DNA of 64,000 nt from an uncultured Gemmatimonadales bacterium. Lineage in GTDB: Bacteria > Gemmatimonadota > Gemmatimonadetes > Longimicrobiales > RSA9. Below are positions 21,601 to 30,251 of this stretch, one piece after another. Within the stretch, counting starts at the first letter, position 1; every line of letters starts with the position of its first letter. A program made the translations under genes and the position numbers. The notes beneath the pieces are model-generated. The model saw only the letters and a program-made list of their open reading frames with translations, did not search any database and was not told where the DNA came from. Location of the stretch: the NCBI GenBank assembly GCA_963798845.1, contig CAWCUS010000002.1, positions 224,001 to 288,000 on the forward strand, written 5' to 3'.

Positions 21601-21667
21601 CGGAGTCGCGGAGTCGCACACAGGGGCGTATCTCCGGCTTCAGCCATGGCGCGCCTCTCCATCCTGA
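18662..21667 (+). CDS. uvrA: Excinuclease ABC subunit A
   Basis: [35 protein letters not shown], two ABC cassettes (LSGGEAQR twice), CxxC zinc fingers; TTG start. Confidence 0.95.
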   Translation: [1001 protein letters not shown]

Positions 21668-22671
21668 TGCCGTGCCTCGACGCGGTGCGGACGATCCAGG
21701 CGGCCATCACCTCGATCCGAAGCCAGACGTTCCCCGACTTCGAGGTGGTGGCCGTGGACGATGCATCCACCGACGGCACCTTCGAAGCGCTCTCGAGCTG
21801 GGCCGGGGAGGACGGCCGCGTGCGTGTCCTGCGCAGCCCCGGACGCGGCCTGATTCCCGCCCTGGCCACCGGCCTGGCCGCCGCCCGCGGCGAGCTCGTC
21901 GCACGCATGGACGCCGATGACATCGCCGAGCCCGACCGGCTGGAGAAGCAGGTGGCGCTCATGGACGACGATCCCGCGATTGCCGCCTGCGGCACCGGCG
22001 TCCGGTATTTCCCCGACGACGAGGTCCGCGCTGGCGCGCGGCGCTACGAGACGTGGCTCAACGGGCTCGTGACCCACGACCAGATCGCCCGCAACATCTT
22101 CGTCGAGTGCCCCATCCCGCACCCGACGCTCCTGGCCCGCCGCGCCGCGCTGACCGCCGTGGGCGGCTATCGGGATCTCGGCTGGCCCGAGGACTACGAC
22201 GTCGTGCTCAGGCTATGGGCCGCCGGCCACCGGCTGGCCAAGGTCCCGGAAGTGCTGCTCGGCTGGCGCGAGAGCCCCGAGCGCGCTTCTCGGACCGACC
22301 CGCGCTACGGCGAGGCGGAGTTCCGCCGCATCAAGGTCCACTTCCTCCGCACCACGCTGCTCGCAGGTGGGCGCCCGGCCATCGTCTGGGGCGCCGGGCC
22401 CGTCGGCAAGGGGTTCGCCCGCGCATTGGTCCTCGCCGGAACACCCGTGTTGGCCTTCGTCGATGTGGACCCGCGCAAGATCGGGCAGGAGATCCACGGC
22501 GCCCCCGTGATCGCTCCCGCCCACGTCCGCCGCTTCGTCGACCCCGCCTCCACACGCGAGTCGCCGCTCGTGCTGGCGGCGGTGGGCCAGGAGGGCGCTC
22601 GCGAGGAGATACGGCACGCCTGCCGCGCCCTGGGGCTGCGGGAGCTCCAGCATTTCGTGGCCGTGGCGTAG
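21646..22671 (+). CDS. Glycosyltransferase family 2 with C-terminal Rossmann-like domain
   Basis: SILMP, VDDASTD, RMDADD, EDY; C-terminal VWGAGPVGK...DVDPRKIG. Overlaps uvrA by 22 bp. Confidence 0.88.
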   Translation: MARLSILMPCLDAVRTIQAAITSIRSQTFPDFEVVAVDDASTDGTFEALSSWAGEDGRVRVLRSPGRGLIPALATGLAAARGELVARMDADDIAEPDRLEKQVALMDDDPAIAACGTGVRYFPDDEVRAGARRYETWLNGLVTHDQIARNIFVECPIPHPTLLARRAALTAVGGYRDLGWPEDYDVVLRLWAAGHRLAKVPEVLLGWRESPERASRTDPRYGEAEFRRIKVHFLRTTLLAGGRPAIVWGAGPVGKGFARALVLAGTPVLAFVDVDPRKIGQEIHGAPVIAPAHVRRFVDPASTRESPLVLAAVGQEGAREEIRHACRALGLRELQHFVAVA

Positions 22672-22840
22672 CCGGCGGCCGCGCCCGCCGGACCTGGCCT
22701 GCCCGGCGCACCGCCCGGCCCCGGCATCGCGAGCTGCCGGAGGTGGCGTCGGCGCCGGCGGCGCCGCTATGCTTGAACGGTTTCCGATGACGGCCTGCGC
22801 GAGCGCGCAGGCCGTTTCCATTTGCGGGAGGGGGCAAGCC

Positions 22841-23845
22841 ATGCCGCGCGGACGCATCTACGACGACATCACGCAGACCATGGGGGACACGCCACTGATC
22901 CGCCTGCGTCGGATGGCGGCAGGTCTGCCGGCGCGCGTGTTGGTGAAGCACGAGGGGTTCGAGCCGTACGGCTCGGTGAAGGACAGGATCGGCGTGGCGA
23001 TGGTGGAGGACGCGCTCGAGTCGGGGGCGCTGCGAGAGGGGATGGTGGTCGTCGAGCCCACGAGCGGGAACACGGGGATCGGCATCACGTTCGCGGCGAC
23101 CGCCCACGGGTTCCCTTGTATCCTGACGATGCCGGACAGCATGACGGTGGAGCGTCGCCACATGCTGGCGGCAATGGGGGCCAGGGTCGTGCTGACGCCG
23201 GGGTCGGGAGGGATGAAAGCGGCGATCGGACGAGCGCGCGAGATTGCCGACGCGCTCGGGGCCGGCGCGTGGATGCCCCAGCAGTTCGAGAACCCTGCCA
23301 ACCCCCGGATCCACTACAGGACCACCGGTCCGGAGATCTGGGCGGACACGGACGGAAAGGTGGACATCCTCGTGGCGGGCGTGGGAACGGGTGGCACTCT
23401 CACGGGGACCGGCCGCTATCTGAAGGAGCGGAACCCCGGCATCCTCGTGGTGGCGGTCGAGCCGGCGGAGAGCCCCGTGTTATCGGGCGGGGAGCCGGGT
23501 CCCCACAAGCAGCAGGGGATCGGCGCCGGCTTCATCCCCGCCGTGCTGGACACAGACCTCATCGACGAGGTGGTCCGGACCACGAACGAGGAAGCGGTGG
23601 AGACCGCCCGCCGCCTGGCGCGGGAAGAGGCGATCTTCGCGGGCATCTCCTCCGGCGCCATCACCCGCGCCGCACTGGTGGTGGCCGCGCGCGGAGAGAA
23701 CGAGGGCAAGCTGGTGGTGGCCGTGATCGCCGACTTCGGCGAACGCTATCTCTCGGCCCCGGTGTACGCGGAGGCGCCGCAGGTGCAGCTCCCGCCCGGC
23801 GCCGAGCGGGCGCTGGCGGAGGCGGGCGCCGGCGCCAGCGCGTAG
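22841..23845 (+). CDS. cysK: Cysteine synthase A
   Basis: GSVKDRIG (PLP Lys), EPTSGNTGIG, QQFENPAN, GVGTGGT, GISSGA. Confidence 0.95.
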   Translation: MPRGRIYDDITQTMGDTPLIRLRRMAAGLPARVLVKHEGFEPYGSVKDRIGVAMVEDALESGALREGMVVVEPTSGNTGIGITFAATAHGFPCILTMPDSMTVERRHMLAAMGARVVLTPGSGGMKAAIGRAREIADALGAGAWMPQQFENPANPRIHYRTTGPEIWADTDGKVDILVAGVGTGGTLTGTGRYLKERNPGILVVAVEPAESPVLSGGEPGPHKQQGIGAGFIPAVLDTDLIDEVVRTTNEEAVETARRLAREEAIFAGISSGAITRAALVVAARGENEGKLVVAVIADFGERYLSAPVYAEAPQVQLPPGAERALAEAGAGASA

Positions 23846-23860
23846 CCGGCCGGCCCGGCC

Positions 23861-26200
23861 TCAGCGTCGCTCGGTGAGCGTCGTCGACCCCTTCATCGGC
23901 TTGCCGTCGCGGACCCACTCGATGTCGACGGTGTCACCGGGCTTGTGCGCGCGCAGCGCATCCGTGAGGCCGTACAGGTCGGCCACGTCCATGCCGCCGA
24001 GGCGCAGGATGACGTCCCCTTTCCGGAGCCCGGCCCGGTCCGCGGGCGAGCCCTCGCGCACGCCGCCCAGGAGCACGCCCTTTTCCACCGGGCTGAAATC
24101 GGGGATCGACCCCAGGTACGCCCCGTAACCGGGCGACGACGCCACGGCCGTGGGCTCCGGCTTCCCCACGTCGGGGACAACGGCCATCCGCGCTCCGCTC
24201 CCCACCTTCCGGGCCAGCGCGGCCAGGAGGTCCGCGACGGTGTTGAGTCCGGGGACGTCGATCCTGTCCCAGTCGTCGGTGGGACGGTGATAGTCGGAGT
24301 GCGTGTTGGTGAACAGGTGGAGGACGGGGATGCCGTTCATGTAGAAGGAGGTCTGGTCGCTCGACCCGTAGCCGTCGGGGATGTAGCTCCGTTTCGCGAC
24401 TCCGAGGCGGTCCAGCTCGGGCGTGACCACACCGTCCCACTCCGCGGCCGTGCCCGTGCCGTAGACCACGAGGCCGTTGTCCCGCAGACGTCCCACCATG
24501 TCCAGGTTGAGCATGGCGACCACGCTGTCCAGCGGCACCGTCGGGTTCTTCACCCAGTGGCTCGACCCCAGCAGCCCCTCCTCCTCGCCTGTGAACGCGA
24601 TGAAGACCACCGGCCGCCGCGGGCGCGGACCGATCGCCAGCCGCTCGGCTGCCGCGATCATTGCCGCCACCCCGCTGGCGTTGTCGTCGGCGCCGTTGTG
24701 GATCGCGTGCTCCTCGGGGGCGAGGGAGTTGAAGGCGCCCATCCCCAGGTGGTCGTAGTGCGCGCCCACCACCACGTACTGCGTGGCCATCCCCCGGTCC
24801 GTGCCCGCGAGGAGCGCCGCCACGTTGCGCCCCGTGCCGCCAGGGGCGTGCGGGTTCACGGCGCTCGCCAGCGGAACGTCCTGGAAGTAGCTGCCGTTCT
24901 CCCCGGCGGGAGCCAGCCCCAGGCGACGGAAGGCGTACGCGATGTACTCGGCCGCGCAGCCCGCGCCTGCGCTGCCGGCGTAGCGGCCCTCCAGCGCATC
25001 ATCGGCCAGGTACCGGCCGGTGGCGTCGGCCATGTCGCCGCCGAGCTCGTCGGGATCGAACGCCGGGCAGTCGGCGCCGGCCGCGTCCCCTCCGCTCACG
25101 GTGGGGGCGAACGGCACGGCGTCATCCACCCAGCGAGCGAGGAAGATGTTCGTCTCGCCCGGCACCCTTCCGCCGCGGTTGGACGCGAAAACGAACGTGG
25201 ACGGGTCCGCGGGGCTCCACATGGGGAATCCGTCGAACTCGGGCGTGACCGTGACGCGCTCGAGCCCCTTCCCATCGTCGTCGATCAGGTAGAGGTCGAA
25301 GTCGCGCCCCTCCGGGTCGTGCATGTTGCTGGAGAAGATGACCCTGTCGCCGGACGGGCTGAAGAACGGGGCGAAGTTGGCCTTGCCGTTGTCGGTGAGG
25401 CGTGTCTTCCCGCTCCCGTCCGCGTTCATGATCCAGATGTCCAGCGACGTCGGGCGGATCATCCCCTCCTTCAGCAGCGCCCGGTACTCCGCCACCTCCT
25501 CCGGGTCCGTGGGGTGAGCGGCGCGGTAGACGATCCGCTTCCCGTCCGGGCTGAAGAACGGTCCGCCGTCGTAGCCGACCTCGTGGGTCAGGCGGCGGAC
25601 ATCCGAGCCGTCGGGACGCATCGTATAGATGTCCAGGTCGCCGTCGCGGGCCGAGGTGAACACCACCGTGGAACCGTCGGGCGAAAGCGTGGACTCGGCG
25701 TCGTACGCGGGGGAGCCGAAGATCTTCACCGGCCTCCCTCCGTCGGCATCGTCGCCGTAGATGTCGTAGTCGTACAATCCCCAGACGTAGCCCCGCGACA
25801 TGTCCGGCTCGGCGGGGCACGCGGCGCCGTTCCCGAACGTGGAGCTGTAGAGGATCCGCTCACCCCGCTCGTAGAAGTAGCCGCACGTGGTCCGGCCTTC
25901 CCCGTTGGACACGCGCCGCACGTTCTGCCCGTCCAGTGTCATCGTGAACTGCTGGTCGCACGCCGACACTCCGGGCATCACGGCCTGGAAGATCAGCCGC
26001 CGTCCGTCCGGCGAGAAGTAGGCTTCCGCGTTCTGGCCGCCGTCGGTCACCCGCCGCAGCTGCGTCAGGTGCGGCTCGAGAGGATTGTCGGGGAAGGCGA
26101 CGCCGCCGGGCGGGACCGCCGGCTCGAGGGGAAGACCGGTGCCGCCGCTGGCGCAGGCCGCGACGACGAGGAGCAGAGCGGAAAACAGGGCTCGGTTCAT
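23861..26200 (-). CDS. Lipoprotein fusion: TolB-like (PD40) propeller + M28 peptidase + PDZ
   Basis: Lipobox VAAC; repeated SPDG motifs; GAHYDH, GADDNASG, FTGEEEGL, NLDMVG, YHRPTD; C-terminal YLGSIPDF...GSPADRAGL. Confidence 0.88.
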   Translation of the reverse strand: MNRALFSALLLVVAACASGGTGLPLEPAVPPGGVAFPDNPLEPHLTQLRRVTDGGQNAEAYFSPDGRRLIFQAVMPGVSACDQQFTMTLDGQNVRRVSNGEGRTTCGYFYERGERILYSSTFGNGAACPAEPDMSRGYVWGLYDYDIYGDDADGGRPVKIFGSPAYDAESTLSPDGSTVVFTSARDGDLDIYTMRPDGSDVRRLTHEVGYDGGPFFSPDGKRIVYRAAHPTDPEEVAEYRALLKEGMIRPTSLDIWIMNADGSGKTRLTDNGKANFAPFFSPSGDRVIFSSNMHDPEGRDFDLYLIDDDGKGLERVTVTPEFDGFPMWSPADPSTFVFASNRGGRVPGETNIFLARWVDDAVPFAPTVSGGDAAGADCPAFDPDELGGDMADATGRYLADDALEGRYAGSAGAGCAAEYIAYAFRRLGLAPAGENGSYFQDVPLASAVNPHAPGGTGRNVAALLAGTDRGMATQYVVVGAHYDHLGMGAFNSLAPEEHAIHNGADDNASGVAAMIAAAERLAIGPRPRRPVVFIAFTGEEEGLLGSSHWVKNPTVPLDSVVAMLNLDMVGRLRDNGLVVYGTGTAAEWDGVVTPELDRLGVAKRSYIPDGYGSSDQTSFYMNGIPVLHLFTNTHSDYHRPTDDWDRIDVPGLNTVADLLAALARKVGSGARMAVVPDVGKPEPTAVASSPGYGAYLGSIPDFSPVEKGVLLGGVREGSPADRAGLRKGDVILRLGGMDVADLYGLTDALRAHKPGDTVDIEWVRDGKPMKGSTTLTERR

Positions 26201-26370
26201 GGCTGCCGGGGGATCGAGGCCGTCGGGTTCTTGAGTCGCCAAGTCTGGGGCCCGGCGGAAGGCGGCGCCAGCCCCTGCGTCCCGCCCGGCGCGGCGACGG
26301 TGCATGGCCCGGCGCCTGCCGCGGCGGATCCGGGTCGGTGCGTTCGCTGGCCCGTCGCCGGCCGCCCGCC

Positions 26371-27720
26371 TCACGCCGGCTGGGGACGCCGGACGCCCTG
26401 CCAGATCTCCAGGCTCGGCTGGCCGCCGCCGCGCGGCGCGCCCTCGTCGGCGCGGAAGGCGAAGACCACCGTCATCTGGAGCTCGGAGACGAAGGACCGC
26501 CGGTCGGCGGCGCGGGCGATCACGGGGAGGAAGGCGCCGCTGTTCACGTACATCCTCACGCGCCCGTCCGTCTCGCCGTGGAAGTAATCGTGCCGGGCCC
26601 GGTGCGTGTGCCCGTACACCAGGAACTGCGTGCCCGGCGGGACGGTCCCCTCGCGGAACTCCCGCGCGGCGCCTTCCAGGAGATGCTCGCGGGCGGGGAG
26701 GAGGTGGTGCACGGCCATGGCGCGCCTCGCCCGGCGCCGGAGCTGCGGGAAACCGTCGCCGAGGAGCAGGGTGCGGGCGAGCTGGAGGCGGTCCACCAGG
26801 TCGCCCGACACGAGGACGTCGCGCTTCAGGCGGTCCCACGATGCCGCCACGCTGCTGCCCAGGACGGCGTCGAGAGCGCGCTCGAGCGCGGCGTGCAGGA
26901 TCTCCTGCTGCGCCGGCGACTCGCGGCCGCCGAACCATTCCAGCCACTCGAACACCCCGAGCATCGGGCTCAGGTGGTGAACGTCCCGGAGCCGCTCCAC
27001 CAGCTCGGCATTGGCTTCCATGCGGCGGGCGTGGTGGATGAGCCCCGACATCAGCTCCGCCGTGACCACTTCCCCTATGGCCATGACCCGGTAGACGGCG
27101 GGGTCGAAACGTCCGGCGACGCCGGGCCCGTCCAGCCCCCGCCGCACCAGCTCGAGGCCGTGGCAGTTCCCGTCCCACTCGTGCCCGTGACGGGCGAGCA
27201 GGTCGTAACCCTCGCCCCGGTAGACCGCGTCGAACGCCCCGATCTGCGGAAAGGCGAGCTGCAGCCGGCGCCGCAGCGACGGGAAGTTGTGGAGGATGCG
27301 GTCGTGGTTGCCGGGGATGTACGTCGCCTGGAACGGGATCCCGAGTCGGTCGGCGCCCTCCTCCAGACGGGCGAGCATCGGGCCGAGGCCGCGGCCGGAG
27401 CGCGGAGCGTTGGCGGCAAGCGCACGTTCCAGCACTGCCTCGTACTGGCGCTGGCACTCCGCGGCGTTCCGGTTCATTCCCGTCACGGGATCCAGCACGC
27501 CGCCCCAGGGCCGCTCGTCCGGCGGAATCCCGGCATCCAGCCAGTAGTCCGTGCGAACGAGATCGAAGATATCCCCCAGCAGAACCAGGCCGAGCTCCCG
27601 AGCGCCGCGCGAGCGAGCGGCGGATTCCACGCGCTCGGCCACCACGTCGAACGCCTCCCCGTCGAACGTTCGGGTCGTGCTGCCGTCGCTCAGGTGAAGG
27701 TCGCTGATGATCGCGAGCAT
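26371..27720 (-). CDS. Calcineurin-like metallophosphoesterase
   Basis: All five motifs: ISDLH, LGDIFD, PGNHD, HGH, YGHTH; GAGGA RBS before ATG 27720. Confidence 0.85.
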   Translation of the reverse strand: MLAIISDLHLSDGSTTRTFDGEAFDVVAERVESAARSRGARELGLVLLGDIFDLVRTDYWLDAGIPPDERPWGGVLDPVTGMNRNAAECQRQYEAVLERALAANAPRSGRGLGPMLARLEEGADRLGIPFQATYIPGNHDRILHNFPSLRRRLQLAFPQIGAFDAVYRGEGYDLLARHGHEWDGNCHGLELVRRGLDGPGVAGRFDPAVYRVMAIGEVVTAELMSGLIHHARRMEANAELVERLRDVHHLSPMLGVFEWLEWFGGRESPAQQEILHAALERALDAVLGSSVAASWDRLKRDVLVSGDLVDRLQLARTLLLGDGFPQLRRRARRAMAVHHLLPAREHLLEGAAREFREGTVPPGTQFLVYGHTHRARHDYFHGETDGRVRMYVNSGAFLPVIARAADRRSFVSELQMTVVFAFRADEGAPRGGGQPSLEIWQGVRRPQPA

Positions 27721-27911
27721 CCGGTCCTCACGGCGAGGAGGCCGCTTCGCCCGCGCGCGCCTCACGCCCATGGCCATGTTGTGAACGCGGCCTGACGCGT
27801 ATGTAGCGCGCAACTGCACGTGCCGCCAGCATCGGGCCGGGTCCCGCGCGGCCATGGACCTGCCCCCGCCCCCGCCGAGATTGGGAGACGAACCCTCACC
27901 GGAGCGTCATC

Positions 27912-28301
27912 ATGAGACCGCCCGTCGTGTTCGAGTGGGAGACCTATCCCGAGTACCGGAGCCTGCAGCAGCTCGGTACCCTGATCGGCGGCGTGCTCGC
28001 CGCCCTTCCCCGGCGCCAGTCGAGGCGGGCCGAGGCCGTTCTCGTTCCCGCCGCCTACGCCATGGCGCGCGCGATCGTCGGAGCGCACGCGGAAGTCCCT
28101 CGCCCCGCGGAGGTCACGCGCTGCGAGCGCGAGGCGTTCCGCCGCTCCGGCCTCCACGCCGTCGCCGTGGCGCGCTCGGCGCTGCGACGGCTGGCGGCGA
28201 AGCCCCATGGGGCGCGCCCCGGGATCATCGCCGCCCTCGAGGTCCTGGAGCGAATCGAGGCCGGAATGCGGGAGCGGCCGCTGCCCGGCGGCCCGGGTTG
28301 A
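27912..28301 (+). CDS. Hypothetical helical protein, possibly a divergent four-helix-bundle family member
   Basis: 129 aa fills the gap; FEWETYPEYR...LAALPRR...AAYAMARAI loosely resembles four-helix-bundle (23S IVS-type) proteins. Confidence 0.45.
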   Translation: MRPPVVFEWETYPEYRSLQQLGTLIGGVLAALPRRQSRRAEAVLVPAAYAMARAIVGAHAEVPRPAEVTRCEREAFRRSGLHAVAVARSALRRLAAKPHGARPGIIAALEVLERIEAGMRERPLPGGPG

Positions 28302-28434
28302 CGCCGGGCAGCCGGCGCTCCCGGCGGCCCGTGTCGAGGGCGGGCCCCCCGCCTCTGGCGGCGAGCCCTGGCGATTCCCATCCTGAGCGCGATCGTGCGT
28401 CGCGTGGTCACGTGCTCTCTGCGAAGGAGGTTTC

Positions 28435-28839
28435 ATGGGCGAGATGGGACTGGGACCGATCGGGCAGATCGCGCTCGCCGTGGACGATGTCGCGGCGGCT
28501 ACCGCCTTCTACCGCGACCGGCTCGGGATGCGGCACCTCTTCTCCGCGCCGCCGGCGCTGTCGTTCTTCGACTGCGGCGGGATCCGGCTCATGCTGGCCG
28601 AGGCGGAGGAGGGCGAAGCCGCGGGCGCGCAGCCGCAGGGGACGGGCAGCGTCCTCTACTTCCAGGTGGACGACATCGAGGCGATGCACGGCGCCCTGTC
28701 AGGGCGCGGGATCGACTTCATCGAGGAGCCGAGGAAGGTCGCGGAGCTCGGCGAGACCGAGCTGTGGCTCGCGTCCTTCAGGGACCCCTCGGGGAACCTG
28801 CTGGCTCTCATGTGCGAGCGCGCCGTCTCGGCGAGCTAG
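28435..28839 (+). CDS. VOC/glyoxalase family protein
   Basis: IGQIALAVDD, FYRDRLG, LYFQVDDI, FRDPSGNLLALM; AAGGAGG RBS. Confidence 0.9.
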   Translation: MGEMGLGPIGQIALAVDDVAAATAFYRDRLGMRHLFSAPPALSFFDCGGIRLMLAEAEEGEAAGAQPQGTGSVLYFQVDDIEAMHGALSGRGIDFIEEPRKVAELGETELWLASFRDPSGNLLALMCERAVSAS

Positions 28840-28912
28840 GGCACGCCCGCAACTTGCATCCGGATCGTTGCCGACAGCAGCCAACAGCGGAACGAGAACC
28901 CCGAGCATTCCC

Positions 28913-29275
28913 ATGTCGAGCATCGAACGATCGCTGCACGGAAACGCCCTGCTTTTCGACCTCGAGGCGGAGGAGGCGGAAGCCACCCACCCCGACACCC
29001 TGGACCGCGACGGGCGCAGCAGCCGCACCCTGCTCAAGGAAGGCGCGCTCCGGGTGACCCTGGTCGTGCTCGGACCCGGCGGCGGCATCCCGGAGCACGA
29101 CGCCGAAGGGCCGATCACCATCCAGCCGCTGCGCGGCCAGGTCGAGGTGGCGACGGACGGCGGCGCTCAGCGCGTAGAAACGGGGCAGATCCTGGCTCTC
29201 GGCCCGCGCGTACCCCACGACGTCCGGAGCGACGAGGGCGCCGCGTTCCTGCTCACGGTTTCCCACCCGGCGTAG
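28913..29275 (+). CDS. Cupin-domain protein
   Basis: RTLLKEG.LRVTL, IPEHDAEGPITIQ, PHDVRS. Confidence 0.8.
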   Translation: MSSIERSLHGNALLFDLEAEEAEATHPDTLDRDGRSSRTLLKEGALRVTLVVLGPGGGIPEHDAEGPITIQPLRGQVEVATDGGAQRVETGQILALGPRVPHDVRSDEGAAFLLTVSHPA

Positions 29276-29981
29276 CCGCCCCGCTGCCCGAGGCGCCGGC
29301 CTTTCCGCTGCTCGACGGCGCGGCCTTCGCGCTGGCGGAGGCGGCGGGCTTTTCGCTGCCCGGCCCGGCGGGCTGCTCCGCCGCCGCCGCCCTGGCCGCC
29401 GCCTCGCCGCCCGACTTCTTCTGGTCGGATGCCGGCTTCGCGGACGCCCCGGTTCCACCGCCCAGGCGGCCGACCCGGAGTGCGCCCGCCAGGGTGGCGT
29501 CCTCCCGGATCGCCAGCCGGTCCGTCTCAATGTCGCCTTCCACGACGGCGGTGGCTTCCAGCAGGAGGCGGCGAGCGGCGTTGATGCCGCCGGATACGCG
29601 CCCGTGAACCACGGCCTCCGCCGCCTGGAGGCCACGGCCTACGTAGCCGTCGCGGCCCACCTCGACGCGCTCCGCCTGCACGGCCCCGGCCACGCGGCCG
29701 TCGACCCGGACCTCTCCCTGCGTGTGGCCGCCACCCGGGATGGCCACGCTCCCGTCGACGCGGCCGGTGGGGCCCACGGAGACGCGCGGAGCGAGCACGT
29801 CTCCCGTGACGTGGCCGTTCACGCGCAGGGCCCCCCGGGCTTCGCAGTCGCCGCGAACCACCATTCCCTCGGCGACGACGGAATCGCCGCCATCGCCGCC
29901 CCCGCGCGGCGTCGGCACCGGGACCTCGGCCGCCGCCGGGCGGTCGGCCGCTTCTTCACTGCTGGAACGGAAGAGAGCCAC
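29253..29981 (-). CDS. Bactofilin (polymer-forming cytoskeletal protein)
   Basis: Beta-helix repeats SVVAEGMVVRGD, LRVNGHVTGDV, VRVDGRVAGAV, VHGRVSGGI, VEGDIETDRLAIREDATLAG; GTG 29981 with AGGA upstream. Confidence 0.85.
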   Translation of the reverse strand: MALFRSSSEEAADRPAAAEVPVPTPRGGGDGGDSVVAEGMVVRGDCEARGALRVNGHVTGDVLAPRVSVGPTGRVDGSVAIPGGGHTQGEVRVDGRVAGAVQAERVEVGRDGYVGRGLQAAEAVVHGRVSGGINAARRLLLEATAVVEGDIETDRLAIREDATLAGALRVGRLGGGTGASAKPASDQKKSGGEAAARAAAAEQPAGPGSEKPAASASAKAAPSSSGKAGASGSGAATPGGKP

Positions 29982-30251
29982 GTCCTGCTCCTGTGTCTTG
30001 CTGGGGTCGGGTTGCGTCCATACACGATAACGCGGACGAGCGCCGTCGTGGATGGGTAACAGGAACCGGCGCCCCGCGGAACCACCGGCGCGGAGGCCCG
30101 AGCGGAACGGGTCGTCCCAGCCGACCACCGGAGGCGCGCCGGAGAGCGGCGGTCCCCCTCCGGCGGCCGCACGGTTTGACGGCTCACGGTCCATCGGCGA
30201 ATTTCCAGACACCCGCTAGCCCCGGCGAAAGACTCTCACAGCGATCCGACC

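Noticed and set aside
26201..27457. N-terminal extension of the 1198-aa ORF
   Set aside because: Arg/Pro-rich shadow over the phosphoesterase; the real start is the lipoprotein signal at 26200.
27912..28301. Avd of a diversity-generating retroelement
   Set aside because: No reverse transcriptase or TR/VR repeat pair seen in the window.
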